Assembly: GCA_003345545.1 (NCBI GenBank)
Contig: PRDH01000030.1
Span: 1 to 40,719, forward strand
Source: Candidatus Thorarchaeota archaeon
GTDB lineage: Archaea > Asgardarchaeota > Thorarchaeia > Thorarchaeales > Thorarchaeaceae
Direction of reading: 5' to 3'
DNA: 40,719 nucleotides
The notes beneath the pieces are model-generated. The model made no database searches. It saw only the letters and a list, made by a program, of their open reading frames with translations, and was not told the origin of the DNA. This document shows positions 1-9,437 of the stretch, piece after piece. Positions within the stretch are counted from its first letter, which is position 1, and the number at the start of each line of letters is the position of its first letter. A program made the position numbers and the translations under genes.

Positions 1-773
1 ATTCCGTACTTGCGCCCAGTGAGTTTTTCGAACTCAGCTTCGACCTGCTTATACACCCTAGGCGCATTCTGTATCGCTTTGTCCTGTTGTTCCTTAAACT
101 CGAAATAGTAGTCTGTCAGTGCCAATGGTCCCATGGTAATCGGGTTATCAGGATCGAGTATCTGGACTGGATCCCTCACACCGACGAACTTCGTCACTTC
201 ATCATCAGGTAGCATTTCTACCCGTTCGACGTTATGGCTAACGATGAAGCCATCAATTCCCACCATCACTGGTAGGAGTACATCATGATGCTCTGCCAGT
301 CTGAATGCCATCAGGGTGGTATCATAGGCCTCCTGGCAGCTCTGGCAGTAGAGCTGAATGAATCCGCTATCACGCATTCCCATACCGTCGCTGTGGTCAT
401 TGTGGATATTGATGGGAGCAGATAGGGCTCGGTTTGCAACAGCGAAGACGATTGGCATCCTCATGGAGGCTGCACAGTAGAGTATTTCCCACATCAGTGC
501 AAGTCCGGCTGAAGCTGAGGCTGTTGCGACTCGCGCTCCAACAGCAGAGGCTCCGACGCAGGCGCTCATAGCTGAGTGTTCAGACTCAACAGGAATGACC
601 TTTGCCTTCACCACACCATCTGCCGCGAACTTCTGATAGTCTTCCACAATGATGGTCTGAGGAGTGATTGGGTATGCTGAAAGAACATCAATATCCGCTT
701 GTCTGAGCGCCTGAGCAATTGCAGCGTCACCAGTCAGGCCTTCAACAATGATCTTTTCTCTCGGTACTGTCAC
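1..773 (-). CDS. porA: 2-oxoacid (pyruvate):ferredoxin oxidoreductase alpha subunit, runs off the left window edge
   Basis: Translated by hand from GTG at 773, which overlaps the porD TGA: MTVPREKIIVEGLTGDAAIAQALRQADIDVLSAYPITPQT...VESEHSAMSACVGA...ATASASAGLALMWE. The YPITP and ESEH motifs are PorA signatures. Absent from the ORF track because it is truncated. Confidence 0.92.
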   Translation of the reverse strand, partial: MTVPREKIIVEGLTGDAAIAQALRQADIDVLSAYPITPQTIIVEDYQKFAADGVVKAKVIPVESEHSAMSACVGASAVGARVATASASAGLALMWEILYCAASMRMPIVFAVANRALSAPINIHNDHSDGMGMRDSGFIQLYCQSCQEAYDTTLMAFRLAEHHDVLLPVMVGIDGFIVSHNVERVEMLPDDEVTKFVGVRDPVQILDPDNPITMGPLALTDYYFEFKEQQDKAIQNAPRVYKQVEAEFEKLTGRKYG

Positions 774-1072
774 TTGCTCTCACTCTCCATATGGATGCTA
801 TTTGTGGGGCATTCATTCGAGCAGATCGCGCATCCTTTGCAATAATCGTAGTTATAGGCATAGGCATACTTGCCATCTTTTTCAATGAGCACGACTGCAT
901 TGTCGGGGCAGAAGATCCAGCAACGACCGCACGTACCATTCTTAATCCAGAGGCAAGTTTCGTCGCTATGAATGGGCCTTTCTGCGCGCCAGCCTCCTGT
1001 TTTGTATTTCATGGCATTGCCGGGTTCAACGATGTTACCAGCCATCGGAATCTCATTGTACTTTTCACTCAT
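770..1072 (-). CDS. porD: 2-oxoacid:ferredoxin oxidoreductase delta subunit (2x[4Fe-4S])
   Basis: KTGGWR motif, CxxCWIFCPD and YDYCKGCAICSNECP; lies between porG and porA. Confidence 0.92.
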   Translation of the reverse strand: MSEKYNEIPMAGNIVEPGNAMKYKTGGWRAERPIHSDETCLWIKNGTCGRCWIFCPDNAVVLIEKDGKYAYAYNYDYCKGCAICSNECPTNSIHMESESK

Positions 1073-1656
1073 CCGATTATTGCCTCCTTGACAGCTCTCT
1101 CTATTGCTACTTTGTTCAGGTCTCCAACCTTTCCGGGGTAGCGAGCAAGGACTTCCCTAATGACGGTGTCTATTGACACGATACCTGTACCAGCAACTGC
1201 TGCAGCCATAGTCGGCATGTTGTAGAATGGACGCCCCAAGACCTCCATTGCGATCCTGCTCGCATCAACAGTCACCACTTTTCCTTCCTTGAAGCCAAAC
1301 TTCTTGCGGATATCCTTTGGCTCACTACTTGTATTGAGCACGAGGGTACCGTCGGTTCTTAGTCCCTCGGTTGGATTCACGACGTCAAGTAAGGAGGGGT
1401 CGATACACACCACAACATCAGGCGCATACACTTGGGCATACACCTGAATGGGTTTCTTACTGATTCTCAAAAACGCCCTCACTGGTGCACCTGTTCTCTC
1501 AGGTCCAAACTCTGGAAAAGCCTGTATATAGTTGCCTTCCGAGAGGGCGGCTTTGCCAAGCATCTGGTTACTCGTGACCACACCTTGGCCACCGCGACCA
1601 TGCCAGCGAAATTCAGTTATTCCACGTGCGAAATCCATCGCCATTGTCAGTCTCAC
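1069..1656 (-). CDS. porG: 2-oxoacid:ferredoxin oxidoreductase gamma subunit
   Basis: EFRWHGRGGQGVVT and FPEFGPERTGAPV motifs. The true start may be a few codons downstream. Confidence 0.93.
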   Translation of the reverse strand: MRLTMAMDFARGITEFRWHGRGGQGVVTSNQMLGKAALSEGNYIQAFPEFGPERTGAPVRAFLRISKKPIQVYAQVYAPDVVVCIDPSLLDVVNPTEGLRTDGTLVLNTSSEPKDIRKKFGFKEGKVVTVDASRIAMEVLGRPFYNMPTMAAAVAGTGIVSIDTVIREVLARYPGKVGDLNKVAIERAVKEAIIG

Positions 1657-1774
1657 CTACGTTGGGAGAAGATACAGGGCAGGCTCTCAGTGGACTGCTT
1701 ATCTATTTAGTGGCATGACTGTCAAAACATCAGTTAATCGTCATACTCACAGTTTCACCGTTTTCGCGTTCTTC

Positions 1775-3013
1775 TTACTGAATCTTCTTGATGATTGCAA
1801 TGACCAGAATAAGGACAACGACCGTCAGGACGGAGCCCCACAGAACCCATTCAGTCCCCAAGCCTCCAAGCATGAACGAGACTGCTGTAACAGTCACTTC
1901 GTCGCTCGCAGTATTACCCGCCGCATCTGTCACACTCATGACTAGGACATGCGCTCCAGCGGACAAATTATCGAGGGAAACAGTGATTTCCCGTCCATCC
2001 CACGTTTCAGCACCGGAAGGGATGTTATCGATGGAGAGAAGATAAGAATATGGAAACTCGTCAGTGGCTATCCATGTCAGGGTCTCTCCGATGCTCTCCA
2101 TGTCAAAGACTCTATCAAGTGGTACATTCACATTTGGTCTATTCATATCTGTGAGTGTCGTGGCGATTGTATCGACGGACAAGGCTGTGCCTGGGATGTT
2201 GTAGTGTCCAGAGCCGATATGGTCTGACCAAGCGTTTCCACTATCAATTCCGTTGGTGAATTGGGTTTCGGCGCCGTCATCGAACGCATTCAAATACCCC
2301 GAACCGTTCCACCCGTTCCAACCAATGCTGTTCTGGTAGACAGTAGTTTCCTTAGAGGCGGCTTCTACGAGCACACCTACCTGTGAGTTCCTGTAGATGG
2401 AATTGCCGACAATTAGTGATCTATTCGAATCTGCTACCAAGACTCCTACAATATTGGTGTGTGCAATACAGCCACGAACTGTGCAGTTGTAGGAGTCTGT
2501 CACAGAAATCGCATTGGAACTAGCAACGCAGGTACTCTCTCTTATTGTGCAGTCCACACAGAATGCGAATTGCGCGCCGCTTAATCCTCCTCTTAGATAG
2601 CACCCCTCAATGATTCCGTTTTCAACTCCGTGGAACGATATGACTGGTGACAGCGTGCCAGTGCACTCTAGGTCAGAGTCCTTGATAACAAAGAATGCCG
2701 TTGTATCACGCACGTAGATACAGCTCCCCGACGTGACTTTGGTCAATCCCGAGAGTATGTACGGATCAGACCTCGTTCCAACCCCTCCTCTACTCTGTTG
2801 TGAGAGCTCAGCATTTCCGACAATCAATATTGGCTCGGTGGCCTGACTTGGAATAGCAACACTGCGAAGAGGGTCGACCTGCAATACTTGCTGGATAGGT
2901 GCACAAGAAACCATGCCAACCAGCATGATACCCAATAGGAAGACTGCGATGGCTCTTACTCTCACGTTATTGCTCTCCCATTTGCTCCAGCATTGTCCAG
3001 GTATGCACATCAC
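1775..3013 (-). CDS. Secreted/surface right-handed beta-helix (NosD/CASH-like) protein with an Ig-like domain and a C-terminal membrane anchor
   Basis: Hydrophobic N-terminal segment, GxGTxxDPYI motif, parallel beta-helix repeats (NCTVRGC, GNSIYRNSQVGV), GNAWSD, DAAGNTASDEVTV Ig strand, C-terminal TM helix followed by KK. Confidence 0.8.
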   Translation of the reverse strand: MMCIPGQCWSKWESNNVRVRAIAVFLLGIMLVGMVSCAPIQQVLQVDPLRSVAIPSQATEPILIVGNAELSQQSRGGVGTRSDPYILSGLTKVTSGSCIYVRDTTAFFVIKDSDLECTGTLSPVISFHGVENGIIEGCYLRGGLSGAQFAFCVDCTIRESTCVASSNAISVTDSYNCTVRGCIAHTNIVGVLVADSNRSLIVGNSIYRNSQVGVLVEAASKETTVYQNSIGWNGWNGSGYLNAFDDGAETQFTNGIDSGNAWSDHIGSGHYNIPGTALSVDTIATTLTDMNRPNVNVPLDRVFDMESIGETLTWIATDEFPYSYLLSIDNIPSGAETWDGREITVSLDNLSAGAHVLVMSVTDAAGNTASDEVTVTAVSFMLGGLGTEWVLWGSVLTVVVLILVIAIIKKIQ

Positions 3014-3059
3014 AATGCTTCTTGAAGATTACCAATCCATCATTTCATTGCCACCGACT

Positions 3060-3659
3060 TTACGGTTTTCTCTTGTCTTTCATACTCTCAACGAACATCT
3101 CGTTCAACTCAACGAATCTGCTTCTGTAATCATTATTTGTCATGATCACTTCCACTGTATCTTTTGCCCTGTCTATATTCTCGAACTTCAACGCCCGTTC
3201 AAGTGCCCTAGGAAATAGGCCGTAGAGAAACGCGGCGGTAAGTGCCGCGGCGAAGACGGCCAGACCCAGAACAGGTTCTGTCACCGACCTTGAGTGAATT
3301 AAGGCAGTATTGATTTGGAGAAGAAAGAAGAGAATCGGATAGAAGAAGATGAAGAAGCCCGCTGCGGCAACGAGCTTGGTTCGGACACTCCTCACACTCT
3401 TGCTGCCATGCGCTAGGCAGGTGGGAACGGGAAAGGTGGTGGCTCCCCTTGCTGTTTCCAGTGCTACAGACGCCTTGTCTTCTCCCTTAATCATGGATGT
3501 TGATTCATAGCTGTCAGGGTGCAGTTGCTCCATGACGGTAACAAACACGAGATCTTCAGCCTTGTCAGAACAGACCGGACAGACTTCAGGGAATTGGATT
3601 CTTGACAGATTGGTTCTTACACGATGCCCAGTCCTCTTGTCCGTAGAAGGCTCGGTCAC
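3060..3659 (-). CDS. Hypothetical membrane protein with two TM helices and a possible Zn site
   Basis: FPEVCPVC ... PTCLAH, followed by two hydrophobic helices. Confidence 0.65.
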   Translation of the reverse strand: MTEPSTDKRTGHRVRTNLSRIQFPEVCPVCSDKAEDLVFVTVMEQLHPDSYESTSMIKGEDKASVALETARGATTFPVPTCLAHGSKSVRSVRTKLVAAAGFFIFFYPILFFLLQINTALIHSRSVTEPVLGLAVFAAALTAAFLYGLFPRALERALKFENIDRAKDTVEVIMTNNDYRSRFVELNEMFVESMKDKRKP

Positions 3660-3701
3660 ATGGTCACGCTCTTATCATGATGGCCATCTGCTTGATGGTG
3701 A

Positions 3702-4076
3702 CTATTTTGGTGGAAGGACGATTATCTGTACACTTGTGATTGGGCTATTATCCTCTGGGTCCGTGGCGTCGAATGTATCAAAGGTCATCTCATAGGTGAA
3801 CTTCTTCTCTCCCATCTTGAGTTCGTGAGCGACACGCACGGCGAGACCTATTCCCTTGAAGCCAAATCCCCTGATTGCAACCATTCTTCGGTCATCCCTT
3901 ACTAGACCCTGAAGGGTGTTGACAATCCTTGGAATATTCACTCTTCCGGCCTTATGGGAGATCTCAAGAAGCACGTATTCACTCGTCGGAAACACAGCCA
4001 AGTCCTCCTCCATGGTGATTCCAATCATTGCATCACCAATTCTCAACTGATCTGGTATCCGGTCTCTGAGTGACAT
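3702..4076 (-). CDS. Alba-superfamily nucleic-acid-binding protein (Rpp20/Pop7-like pattern)
   Basis: VAIRGFGFKGIGLAVRVAHELK ... FDTFD ... ITSVQIIV follows the Alba beta-alpha-beta-alpha-beta-beta pattern. Confidence 0.6.
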   Translation of the reverse strand: MSLRDRIPDQLRIGDAMIGITMEEDLAVFPTSEYVLLEISHKAGRVNIPRIVNTLQGLVRDDRRMVAIRGFGFKGIGLAVRVAHELKMGEKKFTYEMTFDTFDATDPEDNSPITSVQIIVLPPK

Positions 4077-4182
4077 GCTCAAACCCTAATGTCCTTGTAC
4101 TAATCAACTTGATGGCACCGGAAGCCTTATTCTCAACCCTCATATGCCAATTGACGATTCGTGACTTTAGAGGCTTTGAAAG

Positions 4183-5175
4183 TTGGAGAAGGACAAAGCG
4201 ATTGCAGTCGGTGTGGTTGTCATTGTCGTTGTGGCAATCGGAATCATCGCTCTCTGGAATCCAGCACCGACCCCGGACGTACGAATTGGCTACCTATCCA
4301 AGGACCTCCATCAGCTTGCTCTACGGGTAGCTCTGGAGAACGGCCTATTTGAGCGAGAGAATCTTACCGTGGAGCTTGTCCAGTTTGGTAATGGAGGTCT
4401 CGAAATGGATGGGTTCCTTGCAGGGCAGATAGATATGGGTTACTTGGGAGCTGCTCCTGCGATTGTGAAACGTATCAACCAGGACATTCCAATCACAGTC
4501 CTGGCTGCGGCGAATCTTGAGGGCTCTGCCATAATGGTATCAAAAGAAGAATATGATGCTGGGCACGTCACAACCATTACTGATCTTGTTGGCAAGGGTG
4601 TCTATCAACCTGGTCCTTCAACTGTTCAAAACTTTCTGCTTCGCTTGGCCCTAAATCAATCTGGTCTCAGCTATTCGAACATCACGGCACTTACGATACA
4701 GCCTTCCCTCATGGCTGATTCTCTTACTGCTGAGAATCCTGCCTTTATTGCATGGGAACCATTCAATGCAAAGGCTGAGTATGATAACAAATCAGTACCG
4801 CTTGTTCTCTCAAGTGACATCTGGCCGCGTCATCCCTGCTGTCTAGTAGCTTCGGATAATACGTTTCTCACTTCTCATCCAGATATTGTACAGAAGGTTC
4901 TAGATATTCATGTCGAAGCTGAAGGGTGGATTCTGAACAACACAGAGGATGCAATATCAATCGCTCAGGACTGGCTTGAGATGGAAGAGAGCCCCGTAAC
5001 GACAGCTTTCAATCGAATCATCTTTGACTATAATGTGAATAGAACTGGCCTGGAGATCTACCTCAATTTCCTTATCGATGAAGAACAACTCCTTCCGGAT
5101 AAGATACCTGCTGACACCTCGGCGTTCTTGGATGCTTTCATAGACACGACCTATGTTGATGGTCTTCATTTGTGA
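4183..5175 (+). CDS. ABC transporter substrate-binding protein, NitT/TauT (SsuA/NrtA-like) family
   Basis: N-terminal TM anchor, VRIGYL, GQIDMGYLGAAP, AWEPF, WPRHPCC. Confidence 0.9.
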   Translation: MEKDKAIAVGVVVIVVVAIGIIALWNPAPTPDVRIGYLSKDLHQLALRVALENGLFERENLTVELVQFGNGGLEMDGFLAGQIDMGYLGAAPAIVKRINQDIPITVLAAANLEGSAIMVSKEEYDAGHVTTITDLVGKGVYQPGPSTVQNFLLRLALNQSGLSYSNITALTIQPSLMADSLTAENPAFIAWEPFNAKAEYDNKSVPLVLSSDIWPRHPCCLVASDNTFLTSHPDIVQKVLDIHVEAEGWILNNTEDAISIAQDWLEMEESPVTTAFNRIIFDYNVNRTGLEIYLNFLIDEEQLLPDKIPADTSAFLDAFIDTTYVDGLHL

Positions 5176-5229
5176 CACTGTAAAACGGTAGACAAAAAAG
5201 CGTAGCATCTCCTAGGAGCCCCGAGAAGA

Positions 5230-6063
5230 ATGTCATTATCAGAAACGGAGCAGAATACTAGGCTTAATAGTACCAAGAGCGGTCGCAAGAACCTTCGTGG
5301 TTCTTTTCAATGGATTATTCTTAGAATCATCATACCCGCAATCATCCTCATCGTGCTCTGGCAGCTCATAGCATACCTGACACAGACATCGTTATTTGAT
5401 GTAATCAATGCTCTAGTACGCCTAGCGCTCGTGGGCGATAGTGACGGTCATCTTCTCTCAGAGCACATACAGATGAGCTTGACACGAGTGATTATTGGCT
5501 TCACGTTTGCTGCCGCCACAGGCATTCCCTTAGGTATTCTGATAGGACGCTATCATTTGTTCAATTCTGTGCTCGGCCCTGTTGTGGAGGCAATGCGTCC
5601 CATTCCTCCAATTGCGTGGATTCCTCTAGCAATACTTCTCTTCCGCTCAAACATGCTGGGTGCCCAAGTCTTCATCATATGGGTCGGAGCTTTCTTCCCC
5701 ATTCTCATCAATACAACAACAGGAGTCAAACGAACAGAGCCTGTGCATATTGATGTTGCCAAGACCTTTGGCGCAACCGAATGGCACATTCTGTCAAGAG
5801 TGGTGGTTCCCTCAGCAGGACCAGAGGTGTTCGCCGGTCTCAGAATTGGCTTCGGTATCGGTTGGATGTGTCTTGTCGCAGCTGAGATGATTGGGGGCGG
5901 GCTCGGGCTTGGTTACCTTGTCCTTATCATGCAGCAAGTAGGTCAGACGGGTGCCGTCATTGCGAGCATGCTCCTTATTGGTCTGGTTGGCTTTCTCATC
6001 AGTTACCTCTTCTTGTACATTGAGAAATACTTGCTTAGGTGGAGACAGACTGTTTCGGTTTGA
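5230..6063 (+). CDS. ABC transporter permease, NitT/TauT family
   Basis: SLTRVIIGF, RPIPPIAWIPL, EAA-like loop AKTFGA, LVAAEMIGG. Confidence 0.92.
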   Translation: MSLSETEQNTRLNSTKSGRKNLRGSFQWIILRIIIPAIILIVLWQLIAYLTQTSLFDVINALVRLALVGDSDGHLLSEHIQMSLTRVIIGFTFAAATGIPLGILIGRYHLFNSVLGPVVEAMRPIPPIAWIPLAILLFRSNMLGAQVFIIWVGAFFPILINTTTGVKRTEPVHIDVAKTFGATEWHILSRVVVPSAGPEVFAGLRIGFGIGWMCLVAAEMIGGGLGLGYLVLIMQQVGQTGAVIASMLLIGLVGFLISYLFLYIEKYLLRWRQTVSV

Positions 6064-6856
6064 ATGATCTCTTCATTGCTTTCTGTTGCTCAATACTTAG
6101 GATGTCAAGGATCTTGCTACGGTAGGAGAGACACTCTTGTGAGGTTCTTATCCGAGGTCTCGGAATCTCCACCTTGTATTCAGCGATGATTCTTGCAGGC
6201 AGGTTGCTCAGCACTAGAATCCTATCTGACATGAAGACTGCCTCATCAACATTATGTGAAACAAATGCAATCGTGGATCCGGTCAAGTCTTGGATTCTGA
6301 GGAACTCCTCTTGAAGATAGTTTCTGGTTTGCGCATCGAGATTGGAGAAGGCTTCATCAGCAACTAGTATATCAGGCGACACCACAAGACTACGCGCCAT
6401 CTCTGTCTTCCTTGCCTGGCCTCCGGATATCTCGTGCGGGTAATTCTTCTCAAGACCTTCCATTCCCACGATTTTAATGATCTCCTCAGACTTCTCTCTT
6501 CGCTCCTTTTCTGGAACTCCCTTTACCTCCAGGCCGAACTCGATATTCTGCCTGACTGTCCTCCAAGGAAACAATGATTCCTGTTGGAATATGTAGCCTA
6601 CACGATTATGACCTGCTTCCACTTCTTGTCCATCGATGAGTATCTGACCTTCATCAGGCTCGAGTAGTCCTGCAATGATTTTGAGGAGCGTTGTCTTGCC
6701 GCACCCACTTGGTCCGACGATACCCAAGAATTCACCCTTAGATACTTCAAAGGATATGTGATCTAAGACTTGGGTTTCTCCTGAGTCGTCATTTGGATAT
6801 GCCTTTGTCAGATTTCGGACCGAGAGCTTGAACATTTTTGCATCCATTATGGTCAT
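6035..6856 (-). CDS. ABC transporter ATP-binding protein, NitT/TauT family
   Basis: Walker A GPSGCGKTT, Q-loop FQQ, ISGGQ signature, Walker B LVADEAF, H-loop SHN. Confidence 0.93.
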   Translation of the reverse strand: MTIMDAKMFKLSVRNLTKAYPNDDSGETQVLDHISFEVSKGEFLGIVGPSGCGKTTLLKIIAGLLEPDEGQILIDGQEVEAGHNRVGYIFQQESLFPWRTVRQNIEFGLEVKGVPEKERREKSEEIIKIVGMEGLEKNYPHEISGGQARKTEMARSLVVSPDILVADEAFSNLDAQTRNYLQEEFLRIQDLTGSTIAFVSHNVDEAVFMSDRILVLSNLPARIIAEYKVEIPRPRIRTSQECLSYRSKILDILSIEQQKAMKRSFKPKQSVST

Positions 6857-7027
6857 GTATCAGTTATCTGTTAAATACTGCGCTCTAAACCTGTATTCTG
6901 AGTGAGGAGGTTAAGCGCACAAAGTAGAAAAAGCACTCTGAATAGGGGTGTAGGTACACATATTGAGGTCACTTCATAGTCCTCGATACACACCGTGTGC
7001 TAAGTACATCACGAGAAGGTAAACTAC

Positions 7028-9343
7028 TTGGGTTCGCCAAAGATACTCTTCGAAATAGAAGACGATGAGAGCACTAGTGCGATTGCAGTCGGCGATGTCA
7101 CCGGTTCCGGAACAATGGAGCTGTGTACTGGTGGACGTGACGGTGTCCTCCGGCTTTATAGTGCCAGTCATGCAGAGTTCTTGTTCCTTACTCAATACGA
7201 TGTTGGTGGCAGCATCCTTTCCATCGAGATTGCTGACGCCAACAACGACGGGCTGATGGAGATCATAGTTGGTCGTGCTATTGGCCCAAAGGAAACACCC
7301 GGTATTGCTGGTACAGTTCAAGTATTCAGGTATGCTCTCAAGGGTCAGTTCGAAATACTTGGCGAGTACGCCGTGGACAGATTCGTTACAACGGTCCGTG
7401 TGACTGACGTTACCGGCGACGAGAAGAATGAAATCATGGTCGGTGGCAGTGACTCTACATTGCGGATTCTCAATATGGACACTCAAAACAACATCACGCA
7501 GTTTTCTATGCACCGACTCCATGATATGCCCCTCGCTATCGGGATCTGCGATGTCGATGGTGATGAGATTGATGAGATTGTCACAGGCAACAGGGATAAC
7601 ACTCTGAGAGTCTTCAAAGTGCGGGACCATTCCTTGGACCAGATTGATGTTCTTGAGCTTCCCAGTCCGATTGTATCCTTGGCGTCTGGAGACATGCTTG
7701 GCGATCGCAAGATGGAGCTAGCTGTTGTCACACGTGATGGTTCAATCCGCGTATATCGCAATGAAGAGAGTAAACTCGATCTGTTCTCCAAACTGGAAAA
7801 CGTGAAGGCCATGTCTGTGAGGGTTCAAGAAATCAACGCAGACCACTTGGACGAGGTTATTGTGGCCACCCAAGATCATAAGGTACGATTCTACAGTCTT
7901 TACATGGCTGACCTGTTACTGCTTTCAGAGATTGACATCGGAAGCAAGATTCTTGCAATCAATGTCGGTGACGCGGGAGGCGACGGTCGGAAAGAGGTAC
8001 AGGTCGGTGTTTCCAATGGGCCTCTCAAGGTGATTGAGGGTCTCTACAAGATTATTCCTGTCTTTGAAGTCAATCCCGAGGCAAAGACTGGGACTGCTCT
8101 CCGAGGAAAGCTTACAGTCTATAACGTCAGTGATGAATCGGTGAATGGCATCGCTGGCAAGATCTATCACTTCCCGAAAGATGACATGGATGTTGAGCCA
8201 CAGCAGCTTCGATTTGACCTAGCTCCTGGAGAGAACAAGAGCATCGAGATTCAGCTCAATCCAAAGAAAGAGGGGACTATAATCATTCGTCCCATTGTAT
8301 TGATGTGGACCGACGTGTCTGGTCAGGTGAGGCAGGTCACCACACCAGAAACGGCTATTCTTGTCAAGATGGGCGCAGCTGTTGCAGCTCATGCAGCTAC
8401 GCCCCCGGTACCAATCGAGCCCACCGCCACTGTTTCCGCGAAAGAGACCCTAGTAGAAGAAGAGTCTCCCTTCGGGCCGGTCGTTGGTACAGGGTTCAAA
8501 GACCTTGCGCAGAAAGTGGCTGCCGCCAGGATTCTTGAGGAAACCATGCCAGAGGGCGGTGCCGACTCGCTCAAGGCTGCAGAGGAGCTCTTGGACCAAT
8601 TGTTCGGAGCAGATGAGTCCAGTAAGGCGATGACCGAGTTTGATGATGTGGAGAAGCTCATGACTGAGCCTGCTCCCGTTGTGACTCCAGCTATTGTTGA
8701 AACGACTGATACTGAGAGCGCCATCGTGACTGAGATTCGGAACAGACGACCCAAAGCTCCACGACCCGGTTCTGCTCCTGATTCATATCAGTACCTGTTC
8801 AAACTAATGGTCGTTGGAGAAGGTGCAGTTGGAAAGACAACCCTCGTCAATCGATATGTCACAGGTACCTTTGAGCGTGACTACAAGACCACTATCGGCT
8901 CCCAGTTCGCCGTGAAACTTACTCACATATCACCCCCTGATGCTGAGTACGCCACTGGTATCAAAATCCAAGCATGGGATGTTGCTGGACAGGCTCGATT
9001 CAAGGCTGTACGCAAAATGTACTATTCCGGAGCAGCTGGTGTCATCATTGTCTTCGATGTCACACGAAGACGTTCATTCACAGAGTTGTCTAAGTGGGTG
9101 CAAGAGGCAGATGAGTCCATTGGGGCTCGCGTACCCACGGTCTGTGTCGGTAACAAGACGGACCTACCTGATCGTGCAGTACCCTCTGACGAGGCCAAGC
9201 GTTGGGCGGAAGATCAGGGCTTCGTCTATATGGAGAGCTCTGCTAAGACGGGTGATGGTGTCGCAGACATGTTCACTGTCCTTGCTGAGATAATGTGGCG
9301 CGAGGCTCGAAAAGCCCAAGAGGGCAGGAAGACAGAAATCTAG
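7028..9343 (+). CDS. FG-GAP-like 7-blade beta-propeller + Ig-like domain + acidic/Pro-rich linker + Rab-like small GTPase fusion
   Basis: Seven repeats of hxxxDxxGDxxxEhxxGxxDxxhRhY/F. The C-terminal G domain has GEGAVGKT, YKTTIG, WDVAGQ, NKTD and SAK. Confidence 0.9.
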   Translation: MGSPKILFEIEDDESTSAIAVGDVTGSGTMELCTGGRDGVLRLYSASHAEFLFLTQYDVGGSILSIEIADANNDGLMEIIVGRAIGPKETPGIAGTVQVFRYALKGQFEILGEYAVDRFVTTVRVTDVTGDEKNEIMVGGSDSTLRILNMDTQNNITQFSMHRLHDMPLAIGICDVDGDEIDEIVTGNRDNTLRVFKVRDHSLDQIDVLELPSPIVSLASGDMLGDRKMELAVVTRDGSIRVYRNEESKLDLFSKLENVKAMSVRVQEINADHLDEVIVATQDHKVRFYSLYMADLLLLSEIDIGSKILAINVGDAGGDGRKEVQVGVSNGPLKVIEGLYKIIPVFEVNPEAKTGTALRGKLTVYNVSDESVNGIAGKIYHFPKDDMDVEPQQLRFDLAPGENKSIEIQLNPKKEGTIIIRPIVLMWTDVSGQVRQVTTPETAILVKMGAAVAAHAATPPVPIEPTATVSAKETLVEEESPFGPVVGTGFKDLAQKVAAARILEETMPEGGADSLKAAEELLDQLFGADESSKAMTEFDDVEKLMTEPAPVVTPAIVETTDTESAIVTEIRNRRPKAPRPGSAPDSYQYLFKLMVVGEGAVGKTTLVNRYVTGTFERDYKTTIGSQFAVKLTHISPPDAEYATGIKIQAWDVAGQARFKAVRKMYYSGAAGVIIVFDVTRRRSFTELSKWVQEADESIGARVPTVCVGNKTDLPDRAVPSDEAKRWAEDQGFVYMESSAKTGDGVADMFTVLAEIMWREARKAQEGRKTEI

Positions 9344-9437
9344 GTGCATGCCTAGAGTCTTCATGTGTCCTGGTGATGCGAATCAGTCCAGAGTCTTGTT
9401 ACGGACTGCTACTACTTCAAGATGTGAGTGGTGTAGC

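Noticed and set aside
6974-7630. 218-aa antisense ORF and many similar shadow ORFs (e.g. 10008-10604, 31517-32026)
   Set aside because: They lie opposite or inside well-supported genes and show no motifs.
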